From positions 8,952,213-9,002,594 of the forward strand of contig NC_069001.1 of assembly GCF_001194135.2 (NCBI RefSeq): a DNA stretch of 50,382 nucleotides. The letters are read 5' to 3'. This document shows, piece by piece, positions 36,542 to 48,864 of the stretch. The position numbers were made by a program, and so were the translations under genes. Each line of letters opens with the position of its first letter. Positions within the stretch are counted from its first letter, which is position 1. The notes beneath the pieces were generated by a model. The model had not been told where the DNA came from, made no database searches, and worked only from the letters and a program-made list of their open reading frames with translations. The stretch comes from Octopus bimaculoides. Taxonomy: Eukaryota.

Positions 36542-37199
36542 NNNNNNNNNNNNNNNNNNNNNNNNNNNNNNNNNNNNNNNNNNNNNNNNNNNNNNNNNNN
36601 NNNNNNNNNNNNNNNNNNNNNNNNNNNNNNNNNNNNNNNNNNNNNNNNNNNNNNNNNNNNNNNNNNNNNNNNNNNNNNNNNNNNNNNNNNNNNNNNNNNN
36701 NNNNNNNNNNNNNNNNNNNNNNNNNNNNNNNNNNNNNNNNNNNNNNNNNNNNNNNNNNNNNNNNNNNNNNNNNNNNNNNNNNNNNNNNNNNNNNNNNNNN
36801 NNNNNNNNNNNNNNNNNNNNNNNNNNNNNNNNNNNNNNNNNNNNNNNNNNNNNNNNNNNNNNNNNNNNNNNNNNNNNNNNNNNNNNNNNNNNNNNAACAA
36901 TATATATATTAGATCACATGAAATAGAATTAAAGACAAATAAATCTAATTATTTTGCAATTATCATCATCATTAATTATATATCTTATGTGAATCTTTAT
37001 GCAGTCTCACCGTTGCTGGAAATGGCAGACAAACTTTTCGCGGATCTCGTCCATTTTTTAAAAAATTAATAGACATATTGGACAATGTAGTTTGTAATAA
37101 ACTATGTTTGAAAAAACTAGTCGGTCACAGCTGGAATGTATTTGTGTCATTAGTTTGGTCAGAGATAAACAAGAACCTACATAAATTACTAACTGACAC

Positions 37200-38700
37200 C
37201 AATAGAAAACGTAACATGCCAATGAGATAGCCTTCATGCAGCGGCTGGACCTACTAAAAATAACGACCAAATTACCTTAAATCATATTCTACCGCTATAA
37301 TAAAGACCGGAAACGTTAAACACTGTAGTCATCAACGTGAGCACGCGCGCATAAATATTTCAATGTTAAAATTGCTTGAACGTTTGAAATTACAATTCGC
37401 CTCGAATAACGAGCGTATAAATATAATTACGTTCGAACTTCGGAGAGAGCGTTCTGTTTCTTCACGCAATCAAATATTGCAACGAATAATACGGATGCTT
37501 CATCAGAGGAAGGCTTAGAAAGAACGGGTGCAGCTGGTGTCGCTTTTTATGTTATTCTTTCTAGAGTGTCAAAAGATTATTCACGCTTGGGTATATTCAT
37601 ATTATAAATAGAAAGAACAACAAAACAGCTATGTGTGCAGATGTTTTAAAATAGGAATAGCTTAGATATCTATACACCTTCTCTCACGAATTCTGTCTGC
37701 AACACAAGTGTGCATATCTGGTGGACTATTTAAAATGTGAATATGTGTCGACTAAAGTCACCAAGGCATTAACTGTGTGTGCTTATATATACCCAACATA
37801 TATACAAAGATATATAATAAGAAATAAATAAAAATAGAGAGTTAATTTATGTCTTGATACTGATGTGTCTCGCAGTCGTAAAATCTGTCAATGGTTGCTT
37901 TTCACGTTCGAACCCACACTTCCACATTTCTTATCTGCGAGTCTAACTGATATTAAAATTAAACTTTTTCTGTAGTAAATCGATCTTCGATCTCTCATCA
38001 ACCCTTAGACCATTTGTTTAATTGGCTGTTTTACACAACAGCATTGTATTTAGTTGTGCATAAACCGTAAATATATTTCTTGATTATGAACTGGCTAGGG
38101 AACCACTGCGTAGTTTTCCTCTAGGAAAATTAGCAAAACTGAAATTATACTATATCGTCTGAAAAAGAAGGGCACATTGAAAGGGCTAACTGTTGTTCAA
38201 TGGCTGCAGTGTCTTCGATCTTATGTCAGTTCAATCAAAATTCATTTGAGGCTAAACAACAATAGCAACAACAAGAGAGCATCTGTGTAGTAGCTCGGTT
38301 TACAGGAAATAGCAGCAAAACCTCTTTCAATTCGCTCTCTACTGCTTGAACCAAAAGCAAGAACGCATTGTTTCATGTGGCCTTAAGATGTACTATATCC
38401 CAGTAAATAGTATTGATCGTAGGAAGGCCTGATTGATCAGGACTGACCTAAAGGAAATAAATATTTAATGAAATACTTTTTGAAATTTCAGAACGTATTT
38501 ACAAAACTAAAATAAAATCAAAATATGTTTACTTTGACAACTTTACAGAATCCATCGCGTGATATCTAAAACCTCTTGTCGTGTCACTATTGACACGCAT
38601 GTCATAAATTGGTCTTCATTGCTGTATGCTGATGCCCTACTTGCTAGAAATAACAGTCACACCTCCCTCAAGTTACATCCTACCTTATAAAAGAAATGGA
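37200..38700 (+). repeat. Cluster of old dispersed repeat family E (gacctgctagaaatagcagccaaatctccctcaaat...ggggctaaacaacaac)
   Basis: Diverged copies near 37250, 38100-38270, 38305-38450 and 38640. The same motif recurs at about 3790, 4220, 5420, 7300 (-), 14660 (-), 20800 and 33530. Confidence 0.6.
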
Positions 38701-39615
38701 ATGACACAGATGATATTCAAATCATCCTTGTTTTTCTTTGACAGTTCATCTGAAGGTAGAGAAACAGGCCTGTAGCCTCTAAAAGCCGTCCAAGGCTTGT
38801 AGGGTTAATGCATCTGATGTTCAACGGAAACTTATGCAAAAAGGCGTGTAAAAGGACAACTAAGAAGGATTGATTTCAAGGGGTGTGCTGCCTGGGGAGG
38901 AAAGTTTAGATTAAATGCTTAGAAAAGAATTTTTTTAGTAAGTTTGACCTAGTACAGATGAGAACAAGAAACAATCTCATGAGAGTTTACAAAGTTTGCG
39001 AGTTCAAAGGGACAATCACGTGTCAGAAGAGCAGGACGATATAACCAAGCGAAGACTGATGGTAACAGTGAGTGGTGTAAGGATTTCCCAAGTCAGCTGG
39101 ATGACCATTTTGTGTTGTGGGATGGTAGAGGTGAACGGTTTAGCTTGTTTGTATTGTGCTACCTTATTCCACATATGGTGATTAGAATTTTAGTGTAGAT
39201 CATACTCGTAACGTTTAAGGGCAATAACGGCTCAAATGATCGCTTAGGGCTATCTTTGGTCAGATTCAGACAAAAATAAATATACAAATCACCCTAGTAT
39301 ATCTTTGTTTCCTTCTTTTCTCCAACAAAATATCCTGTCATCGACTCGATCGGCAACGCATTGATATAAACTCGCAAAATACAACTTGTAATAACAACAT
39401 AGCTACTGTAATAAACCCCAGGAGATAATAGAAAAATGAGAAATTGAATGGATTAAACAACCGAGGTCATGAACTCGTAACCGTGGTGAGAAGAGGAACT
39501 TGACATTTCAGGTATGACTCTTCGTCGGAAAATAAAACAGAAAATAATAAAATTTTTATCCTTGGATTAAAGATAAGAAGAATTTGTTAGAATATATTTA
39601 AGTATTCGTACTCAC

Positions 39616-40070
39616 TGAGCTCGTAAGTCTTCCAGCTCGTCTTCCAAAGTCCCAATACGGGCCTTAAGGTTGCCATTTTCATTGTTGGAGTCATCCAGAA
39701 GTTTCTTGGTCTCGTCAATCTCAGCTTGGTACATCGCTTTAATGGGTTCGATGTTAAAATCCCGTTTGCTCTTTTTCAAAGCTTCCCGAAGGGTTTTGTT
39801 CTCAGCCTCGAGAAAACGTACCTTTTCGATGTAGTTGGCAAACCTTTCGTTCAAATCCTGCAACTCCTTTTTCTCCTTTTCTCTATTGCATCTAATGTCA
39901 GTGACACCCTTGTGAGAAATCGAACTCGCCACTCCTGTCCCTAAACTCAACGGGGACTGAGCATTCATTGTATTGTACATACGAGATTTACGAAAGATCA
40001 CTGAATTCCTTTCCGGAATATTCGAAGACGATTTTCGGTACATGGTCTTTACTGATGAATTATTATTCAT
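39616..40070 (-). CDS. IF gene exon 1 (455 nt): head, coil 1A, start of coil 1B
   Basis: MNNNSSVKTMYRK...GVTDIRCNREKEKKELQDLNERFANYIEKVRFLEAENKTL...LEDELEDLRA. Donor CA|gtgagt at 39615, phase 2. Confidence 0.95.
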
Positions 40071-40268
40071 TGTTACAGTTTGTTAGTTATAACTGTTGTT
40101 GTGGATTGTGTTTAAAGTGTTGTTGTTATTGTCAGTGTTGCCTCTTCTATAAGCGATGCCAAAAATCTCCTTTTTTCTCTAAAATACTAAACAACTCTAA
40201 AAACTAGAAAGAAATCCTACCAAGGAGATCGATGATGAAAAAAGCATCAACCGCCGCTTGTTTTTGCC

Positions 40269-40303
40269 AACTGCGCTGTCTTTAACGCTTCCAACCTATT
40301 ATA
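40269..40303 (-). promoter_or_regulatory. Candidate core promoter of the IF gene: TATA-like TATAATAG (40303-40296) and Inr-like GCAGTT (A at 40272)
   Basis: The first T of the TATA-like box is 31 nt upstream of the A of the Inr-like motif, the canonical spacing, about 200 nt upstream of the ATG. Motif-only evidence. Confidence 0.4.
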
Positions 40304-40469
40304 TTGTCTATGAAAGAGTGAGAGTGAGAGAAAAAACAAAGAGAGAGAGAAAAAGAGAGAAAGAGAATAAATGGAAGGCGAGCTAGAAAATGAGAGAGAA
40401 TTAGACGGTGGGTGAGGTGGAAAATGGATCGATTGTTGAGTAAAATGCAATTATGAAATTTCCCTTTCC

Positions 40470-40800
40470 ACTCTGTCCCACTCTCTTCCTCTTTCACTCT
40501 CTCTTTCTCATTCTTCCTCTCTCATCACTTCTCTCACTCTCTCCTCGGCATTCTAATTCTATCTTCCACTTTCACTCTATCTCTTTCCACCACCTTTCTT
40601 GCTCTCTCTCGCATCTATCTTTCTCTCTCTCTATATCTCCGGTTTTTTTCTACCCCCTCCTCTTCTATGCTTCTCATTATCACTCGCCCAGTATTCTGCT
40701 CTCACTTTCTCTACTTTGTCTCTTCACCTTTACACTTTCAATCTTTCTTTCCACCCCCTCTTTCTCTCCCTTTCTCTTCTACTCACACACTTCACAATGT
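40470..40800. repeat. CT-rich polypyrimidine low-complexity tract upstream of the IF promoter
   Basis: Almost all pyrimidine on the plus strand and preceded by a GA-rich tract at about 40310-40400. Similar tracts at about 29260-29850 and 47560-48500. Confidence 0.85.
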
Positions 40801-41222
40801 CCAACCGCAATGCATGATATTATCCCCAGACTCTTAACTCACCTGTGTCGAAGGTACTTAATCACACTCAGGTATGTCGTGATGAAAATAGACCCTTAGC
40901 CAAATAGTTTCGAGTTGTCCATCCGTTTTTGCTCGGTGCACATACATACGTGTATGTGTGTAAGCGTGTGTTTCTGAGCTCACACACGCACACACACAGA
41001 CACGCACATACACAAACGTATACACACATATATTTACCTATTACATATACATATGCACGTACAAACCAAATAAACGTGCATACACTTACACCTATATACA
41101 TATATATATATATATACATACATACATATATGTTTGTGTGTGTATGTATGTATAAGTCAATACGTAGTTTATTCACTATGGTATGCAACTGTATAGTAAG
41201 TCAAGGTATTATATATGTATGT

Positions 41223-41234
41223 ACGAATGTATCC

Positions 41235-41312
<78 letters not shown>
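41223..41312. repeat. Long (AT)n microsatellite, representative of many; others at about 9465-9600, 9870-9930, 12375-12405, 25900-26230, 35398-35428, 36500-36541, 42300-42460 and 42870-42920
   Basis: Directly visible. Confidence 0.95.
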
Positions 41313-41316
<4 letters not shown>

Positions 41317-41522
41317 GTTCCTTTCAACAACTGTAGGCTATGCGGTTTGCTCGATGTTAGGACTCTTTTGTGTTATTATAAATCTATATTTGCCGTTTAT
41401 TTATTAGCAACAACTGTAGTCTAATTAAAAAATAGTTACTACGCAACCCCTCCCCCTATCCCTTCTTTTTTCTCTTTCTCACTCATACACTCTCTGTCTC
41501 TCTCTCGTTGTGTATATATATG

Positions 41523-41563
<41 letters not shown>

Positions 41564-41685
41564 CCTCTCTTCTCTCCCTCTATATATGTATATTACAATC
41601 CTCCGTCTGTCTATATGTCTAACTGTCTGTGTCTGTCTGTCTGTTTGTCTCTCTCCCTCTCCAGCCACATCATAGTATGCCATAC

Positions 41686-41728
41686 TAGGCCAGACTAGGC
41701 TGGGCCAGGTAAGGCCAGGCCAGGCTTG
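41686..41728. repeat. Degenerate pentanucleotide (AGGCC/AGGCT)n repeat
   Basis: taggccagactaggctgggccaggtaaggccaggccaggcttg. Confidence 0.7.
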
Positions 41729-42181
41729 CCCACACCTGTGGATGGAACCATGGTTGTAAATACATACTAAAACATACACAAACAGATGCACACACAATTA
41801 TATTGAATCAGAAACTTACATACACAACATTCAACCATCCATCCATACATGCATTCTTTTATATATTAATATACATGTGTGTGTATATATACATATATAT
41901 ATATGTGTGTGTGTGTATGTATTTTAATAATGAAAATGACAATACAGTACAAATAGATACAAAACATAAGCACGCATAGACACGAATACAAGGGAGCTCA
42001 GATCCCATATATACACGCTTGTATTAGTAACTATGCAAACACACCATGCCCTCAAACGCAGGTATACATGTGTAACGCGGCCGAAGTATACATATACAGG
42101 TAGAAACATGCATAGACATGCACATACGAGACACCCAAACACTATATTCCTGTACTTTCTACATGTAAGAATATATATATA

Positions 42182-42300
42182 CATGGTTCGGGGTTCAGTC
42201 CCACTGCGTGGCACCTTGGGAAAGTGTCTTCTACTATAGCCTCCGGCTGACCAAAACCTTGTGAGTGGATTTGGTAGACGGAAACTGAAAGAAGCCCGTC

Positions 42301-42302
<2 letters not shown>
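42182..42302 (+). mobile_element. SINE family B head followed by an expanded (AT)n/(ATAC)n tract
   Basis: ggttcagtcccactgcgtggcaccttggg...ccttgtgagtggatttggtagacggaaactgaaagaagcccgtcg. Confidence 0.85.
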
Positions 42303-42342
<40 letters not shown>

Positions 42343-42870
42343 GTATATATATACATGTATGTATACGCATGTATATGTTTACGTATGTGTTTATATATAT
42401 ATATATATACACATTATATACATACACATATACGTACGTACATATATATATATATATCGTAAAGCATATACAAACTTACATATACACATGCATATTTTAG
42501 AACATGTTTAAGTAGGGTAAATATCTATATACACACACACACACATTCATGCGCGCACGCACATATATGTAAAGAAATGTACAAGACGTTTCTTATCAAA
42601 GGTTACGACTTCTTACATTACAAAGATAATAATTGTTTCTTGAAATTCTTTATCTTTGACATAATCTCGTTGCTACAGATACAAGACACAATTCTGGAAT
42701 TTTCACTTCACCCGCCCCCTTATGCTCTGAGTTCAGACCCCCATCATGGTTGACCTTGCCATTTATGTCTCTCTACGTCAATAAATCAGTTCTGGTTCAT
42801 ATTTATGGGCTGGCTTGTACATTGGCTTGTATTGCCCTTTGCCCCCATATATTCGTGACCGTGCAATATA

Positions 42871-42921
<51 letters not shown>

Positions 42922-43036
42922 GCAAATAAGGAAAATGGAATTCACGAGAGTTTGTATTCATCACAACGATCGTTTCGACCCATCTTGCGTAGATCCCATA
43001 CAGACATGNNNNNNNNNNNNNNNNNNNNNNNNNNNN

Positions 43037-43079
<43 letters not shown>

Positions 43080-43081
<2 letters not shown>

Positions 43082-43232
43082 TACGTTCTGAGATCAAATT
43101 CCGCCAAAGTCGACTTTGACTTTCATCCTTTCGGGATCGATTAAATAAGTATCAGTTGATCACTTGCATCGATGTAATCGACTTATCTCCTCCCCCGAAA
43201 TTGCTAGCCGTATGTCAAAATTTGAAACCAAT
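43080..43232 (+). mobile_element. SINE family A, 5'-truncated, tail type 3
   Basis: tttacgttctgagatcaaattccgccaaagtcgactttgactttcatcctttcgggatcg...caaaatttgaaacca. Confidence 0.8.
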
Positions 43233-45244
43233 ATACTCATCCCTTTTCTTTCCCTCTCTTCAAGGAACTTGCCACTTTATTTAGTGCTACAACTCTTACT
43301 GCTACTCTTTCTCTTTATACTATTTACCACTACTCTAACTATTTTACAGCACTTCCTTCATACTGTTTTAATTCTCTCTCGACTTTCGTGTGCCGCTCCG
43401 CTAGGTATTCATGTATATATAATTAATTATATAATAGAGTTTTACGTTAAAGCAGTAAATTCTGTACTTGATATATAATATACTTGATATTAGTGAAGCT
43501 TAACGTGGATATTCTAAATAAAATTAGGCCCTATGGATGAAATCTCGAGCACTTAAACGGACAGGTCCAATTCTCAGAATTTAGAGATATAAGCTTAATC
43601 AAAAGGCAGTAAAAACAAGAACGGATACAATGATTGACTAGTTCATGAACCACACCTTCTCATGGAAATACGACGAGAAAGACAAGTAAACTAAGCAAGT
43701 TACACCATCAAACTATACCAATGCAGCAGTTGGCGTTGTCAAAAAGAGGATTATTCCCGTAGAGTAAATCTCACCGAAGTCTAATCACGCAGTACAGAAC
43801 ACTATGAAGCAATTACCGTTAATTTGGAACGATCTCCCAAATGCGGATAGTACAGGGTTCATTGTTGCTGGAATATTCGACTCCAGGTCAAGAAGGATCG
43901 ATTCCGGGTCAAGAAGATTGTTTCATGCAACTTTACAATTGTGAAGTGCTTGGTGGTCATATTGATTCTGTATATCCTCAAAGAATAATGCAAAACTACA
44001 TATATGGGACTATAAAAAAATCTTTACCTAAATGGATATAACATTGCACCTAATATTGAGGCTAGCACACCGTGCTTTGTGAACACGTAAATCTGTCATC
44101 GGTGGAGAAAAAATTACTGAAACTATGGACCTAGTATTTTACAAAAATAAAAAAATAGAGAGAGGAAGTCTCGAACCCAGAATAGATGTGAAAAGAGCTT
44201 AGAAGATGGGGAAATTAAACGATCAGCAAGACGCTGCTGAGAATCGAAACTTGTACTTCTCAAGTTCAGGGACTTGTACCATTAAGCTAAACGACTCCCG
44301 ACAGCAAATGCTGTCTTTTAAAACGCTAAATAATAGATTTTGGAATGTGGAAACATTTTTATAAACAAACTTCCGTCTTCAAAGGTATTTACTTGATCTT
44401 CCTAGCTATTTCACAGCTATTCTGCGATCTAAGATTCCTCTATTTTCTGTAAAACACCAACTCCCTCGACGCTTCAAAGTTTGTTTCTAGATATGGACCC
44501 AATATGTGACTATTTTGAAGACATGTGCATCCGGTCGTCTGCTTACAGGTGAATGCAGCCGAGGATTTTTGTCAGTTCATGGAATGTATTTTAGTGGTTA
44601 GCAAAAAAATGCTCCTCACTTCAACACTAATATTAGAAGCTTGACACTATGCCTTTCAGATGATCATTGCATGCAGGTATCCAGTCATGTGGACACTCAT
44701 TGAACCGTTGAAAAGACAGCAAAGCACAAGTTTTCTGGCCTTATGACAAGCAAACAACGAAAATTAATCCCAGTAGGTGACCCGTCAAACGTCGTCTGAA
44801 AGATATTGTAGAACATCGAAGCGAAAGAAGTATACTGAATTATATAGGAGGAATAGTATACAAAATTCCACTATAAATATACAATGTACGTAAAGGACAT
44901 GGATTACCAATGCGTAGCCGGTGTTCATGTACATACAGTTTATCATATCAGAGTTTGATGTCAATGCAGTCAATTCTGTATAATATACTTAATATATAAA
45001 ATAGTTGACGCCAGTGAAGCCTAAATTACGCCCTTTTGGAGGAAATATTGATCGCTTACAGGGCATAAGTCCAATTGTCAGAATGGAGAGTCAAATGCGA
45101 CATTCTTATAAAATAAATACAACTTATGTACACAAACACACACACTCAATACACACACATATGTGTATTTGTGTGTGTGTATGTGTATGCACGCATTTAT
45201 ACGCATGCGATTATGTATGTATGTATGTATGTATGTATGTATGC

Positions 45245-45460
45245 CGTTGCTCCAGTCCAGTCAGCTGACAAAAATGAGTCATACCTGTATTTTAAAGGGC
45301 CAGCCTTGTCACATTATGTGTCACACTGAATCTCATTGAGAACTACGTTAAGGGTACGTGTGTCTTTCGTGTACTCAGTCACTTAGACGTTAATTTCACA
45401 AGCAGGCTGTTCTGCTGATCAGATCAACCGGAACCCTTGTCATCGTATGCGACGGAATGC
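45245..45460 (+). mobile_element. SINE family C, 3' half
   Basis: Matches the reverse complement of 49659-49840 (cttgtcac...gtgtcac...cgttaagggtacgtgtgtc...aatttcacaagcaggctgtt...gacggaatgcca). Confidence 0.75.
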
Positions 45461-45501
45461 CAGTTATGTATGTATGTATGTATGTATATATGTATGTGCG
45501 T

Positions 45502-45750
45502 GTGGAGGCGCATGGATTAGTGGTTAGGGTGTTACACTTATGATCATAAGATTGTGGCTTCGATTCCTGGATGGGGCGATGCATTGTGTTCTTGAGCCAA
45601 ACACTTCGTTTCACGTCGCTCCTGTCTACTCAGCCGGCAAAAATGAGTAATCCTACGACGCATCAGCGTCCCGTCTTGGGGTGAGGGGAATATATACGCC
45701 ACAGAATCAGGGAAACTGGCCTTGTGAGCCTGTGGCTCAGGAAGGACGTT
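45502..45750 (+). mobile_element. SINE family D (tRNA head, central segment reminiscent of the V-SINE domain)
   Basis: ggaggcgcatggattagtggttagggtg...ttcgattcctgg...gcattgtgttcttgagccaaacacttcgtttcacg. Related minus-strand remnants lie at about 1900-2060 and 15310-15483. Confidence 0.65.
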
Positions 45751-46255
45751 TGATCCTTTTCGAAGTATGTATGTACTATTGCGCCTCTGAGCGTGAGAAG
45801 ACAACAACAGAAATGTGAAAATCAGAGCAGCAAAATAGTAAATGTGAGATGCGTGCTAGCAAAATAGTAAATTCGGGGTTCATATTATTAAAGGCCTATG
45901 AAACAATTTTGCTTTTGATATATTTATTGCAAGAAAAAGCTAGGTTTCTTTCTCAAACGTTTGACATAGTTCAACCTACGCAAAAGAAAGCAAAAAAAAA
46001 AAAAAAAAAAATGTTTTCCTATATTGAGTACTTTCTCCCAATTGCGTGAAAAGAAAATGAGAAAGATTTATTTACATCTTTGTGGGTATTTATACATGTT
46101 TATACTTCAGCGCATTGCGACAAATATTTCCGCTATAATTAGCCCTTCAGTCGCTAGGCTACAGGACCAACTTACCTGTATGCGTATTAGTACCATTGCC
46201 TGAAATACTGATTATGATAAAACTTTTAGTTATAATGGAATAGATGTTAAATAAA

Positions 46256-46479
46256 ATATTCTTTCCAAATTTTGGCACAAGGTCAGTAATTTCAGAGGAT
46301 GGGGTAAGTCGATTACATTGACCGTAGTGTTCTGCTGGTACTTATTTTATCGACCCTGAAAGAACGAAAAGCAAAGTCGATCTCAGCGGAATTCGAACTG
46401 AAAACAAAGACAGACGAAATAGCCGCTAAACATTGCTAGCTGGCCTGGCGTGCTAATGATTCTGCCAGTTCGCCCACCT
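46256..46479 (-). mobile_element. SINE family A, full-length diverged copy, tail type 3
   Basis: tttggcacaaggtcagtaatttc...gtaagtcgattacattgacc...gcaaagtcgatctcagcggaattcgaac...gattctgccagttcgccc. Confidence 0.8.
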
Positions 46480-46764
46480 AGTATAGAGCAGAATATTAGG
46501 TAGTAGTTCATTCATTCATTTCTACATTCGCTTAAATATAGACATATGGTCGTGGCTCTGCTTAGAAGCTTCATGAACAATGAATATCTTGACTACAGTT
46601 TCTTCGTCGCAATGCTTCAGATTGAATACAATCTGCAATCTGACCAATCAAAAAAATTTCCAGTCATTGTATTTCTTGTCTAATCCGTAAAAGTTTATTC
46701 ATAACCAGTTCCCTATTAACTGTCTTTGATACCACACAATCATTATATTATATATGTATCTTAT

Positions 46765-46992
46765 ATATTTTACTTGTTTCAGTCGTTTGACTGCGGCTAT
46801 GCTGGGGCATGGCCTTGAAGAATTTCTAGTCGAATGAATCGACCTTTTTCTAAAGCTTGTTACTCGTTCTATTGGTGTCTTTTGCCGAACTGCTCAGTTA
46901 CGGGCACGTAAACCCACCAACACCGGTTGTCAAGAGGTGGTGAGAGACAAACGCCAACACAAAGACACCTACATATTTACATACATACATGC

Positions 46993-47031
<39 letters not shown>

Positions 47032-47182
47032 CGGGCCCCTTTCGGTTTCTGTCTACCAAATCAAATCACACGGTTTTGGTCAGCTCGCGGCTATAGTAGA
47101 AGACATTTGAGCAAGGTGCCAAGCAGTGGGATTGAACCCGGAAACATGTGGTCGGGAAGCAAACGTCTTACCATGCAACCAG
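46765..47182 (-). mobile_element. SINE family B, near full-length, with internal microsatellite
   Basis: Reverse complement of the 48865-49285 architecture. A 3'-end fragment also lies at about 28755-28850. Confidence 0.8.
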
Positions 47183-48662
47183 GATACACACACACACACA
47201 CACACACACACGTACACACATATCGTAGCTGTAAGCTAAATAAGTGACTCAAGGGCCTGCAGTTCCGTCTCAAAGCAATTGTGTTAAATTGCTTAGGAAG
47301 TACCTCGAAACGAGATTCTTGTCTCGTGATTCATACTAGGAGCTACACATCAAGTAAATAATGCATTCTTTGTTTTAAGTATTGAGTTCTTAAACTTCCA
47401 TTTGCAAGACCAAACCTACACACACACACATATATATATATATGTATATATATGTAATACGTCTTTGCAACTCATTACCTCTTGCTTCTCTGCTTTTTAG
47501 GGTATATATATTTTTTTTTTACCTTACGCTGTTTTCGTTTCCTACTTCGTCACTCTTTCACGACCACACTCCTTCCCACCAACGCAAAAACTCATTCATT
47601 TCCGATTCCATTTTTTTTTGCTTTCCTGCACACAAACATCTCCTTCTCATTCTCTCCCCCTTTCTCTCTCTCTCTCATGTCTGTGTCTCTGACTCTCTCT
47701 CACCCTCCCACTCTGCACATCAGTCCACCCCTCACTCTATCACTCAAGTCACTCCATTTCGCTATCTTCCATATCCGTTTCTCTTCCTCTCCACACTCTT
47801 ACCTGTTCTCTCTCCTTCTCTTGCTCTCCATCTCCCCCTCTCTCTCTTCTCACTCTCACTCATTCTCACTGCCTGCCTTTCTCCTGCCTCTGTATTCCTT
47901 CCATACTTTCTTTACACTCTCTCCTAAACCTTCTTCTTGGTATGCTTCTTTTCCTTCTCTATTTCCTCTCACATTCTCTCAACCGTTTTAAGTCTATCTT
48001 GTCTCCCCCTCTCTCACTCCTAATGCTCCTTTCATCTTCCTCTCACTCCAAATGCTTCTTTCATCTCCCTCTCTCTCTCTCTACAAATGTATTTTTATTA
48101 CATCTTTTTCTTTCTACGATTCTCTCGCTGATATCTCTCTATATTTTCTTTTCGTCGCCCACGCATCCCTCCTCCTCCCTCTTCTTTTTCTTCTCTTCCT
48201 CACCCTCTTCCACTTTCTATGTCATTTCTTCTAATTACTCCTACCACTCGCTAATTTCCCATCACCCTACGTCTTTCCTTACGTATACCATCCTTTCACT
48301 CCTCCTACTTATTCTTTTCTTCCTACTCTTTCGAATCCTCATTCTTTTCCTCCCTCATTTTCTGTGAATCTCTCCATGTTTGTCACTACGCCAGGGGCTT
48401 TCTACTTATTTCTCTGCCAATTTCTGTCTTTCTGTTTTCTTTTCCCCCATTACCATCTGTTTTGCCCAGTCTTTCTATGTCTATCTGAGTCTCTCTCTCT
48501 CTCTGTATAGACACACACACACACATACTACATACATACACACCTATACATACATACTTTAAGAAATTATTTTTTATATTTAAATGTTTATGTTATATTT
48601 TTATTTACTCCATGTACCCAGACTTTGTGGACATCCTGTACATACATATATATACGCACCTA

Positions 48663-48694
<32 letters not shown>

Positions 48695-48864
48695 CACACA
48701 CACACATAGGTATGTATGTGTGTATGTATATATATNNNNNNNNNNNNNNNNNNNNNNNNNNNNNNNNNNNNNNNNNNNNNNNNNNNNNNNNNNNNNNNNN
48801 NNNNNNNNNNNNNNNNNNNNNNNNNNNNNNNNNNNNNNNNNNNNNNNNNNNNNNNTATATATAT

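Larger units (their letters stand above)
9532..48855. other. Assembly gaps (N) at 9532-9541, 16023-16211, 19131-19301, 23873-24328, 26032-26131, 36542-36895, 43009-43036 and 48736-48855
   Basis: Runs of N, mostly flanked by (AT)n or (AC)n. No coding exon appears to be hidden in them, since the reconstructed exons join in frame with the expected sizes. Confidence 0.95.

Noticed and set aside
37456-37506. CTGATGA...GAAAC on the minus strand
   Set aside because: There is no closing stem II pair, and no stem I or III complement or NUH in the right place, so it is not a hammerhead fold.
43530-44160. Non-repetitive-looking, coding-like composition upstream of the gene
   Set aside because: All frames are interrupted and no recognisable motif was found; probably old TE debris.
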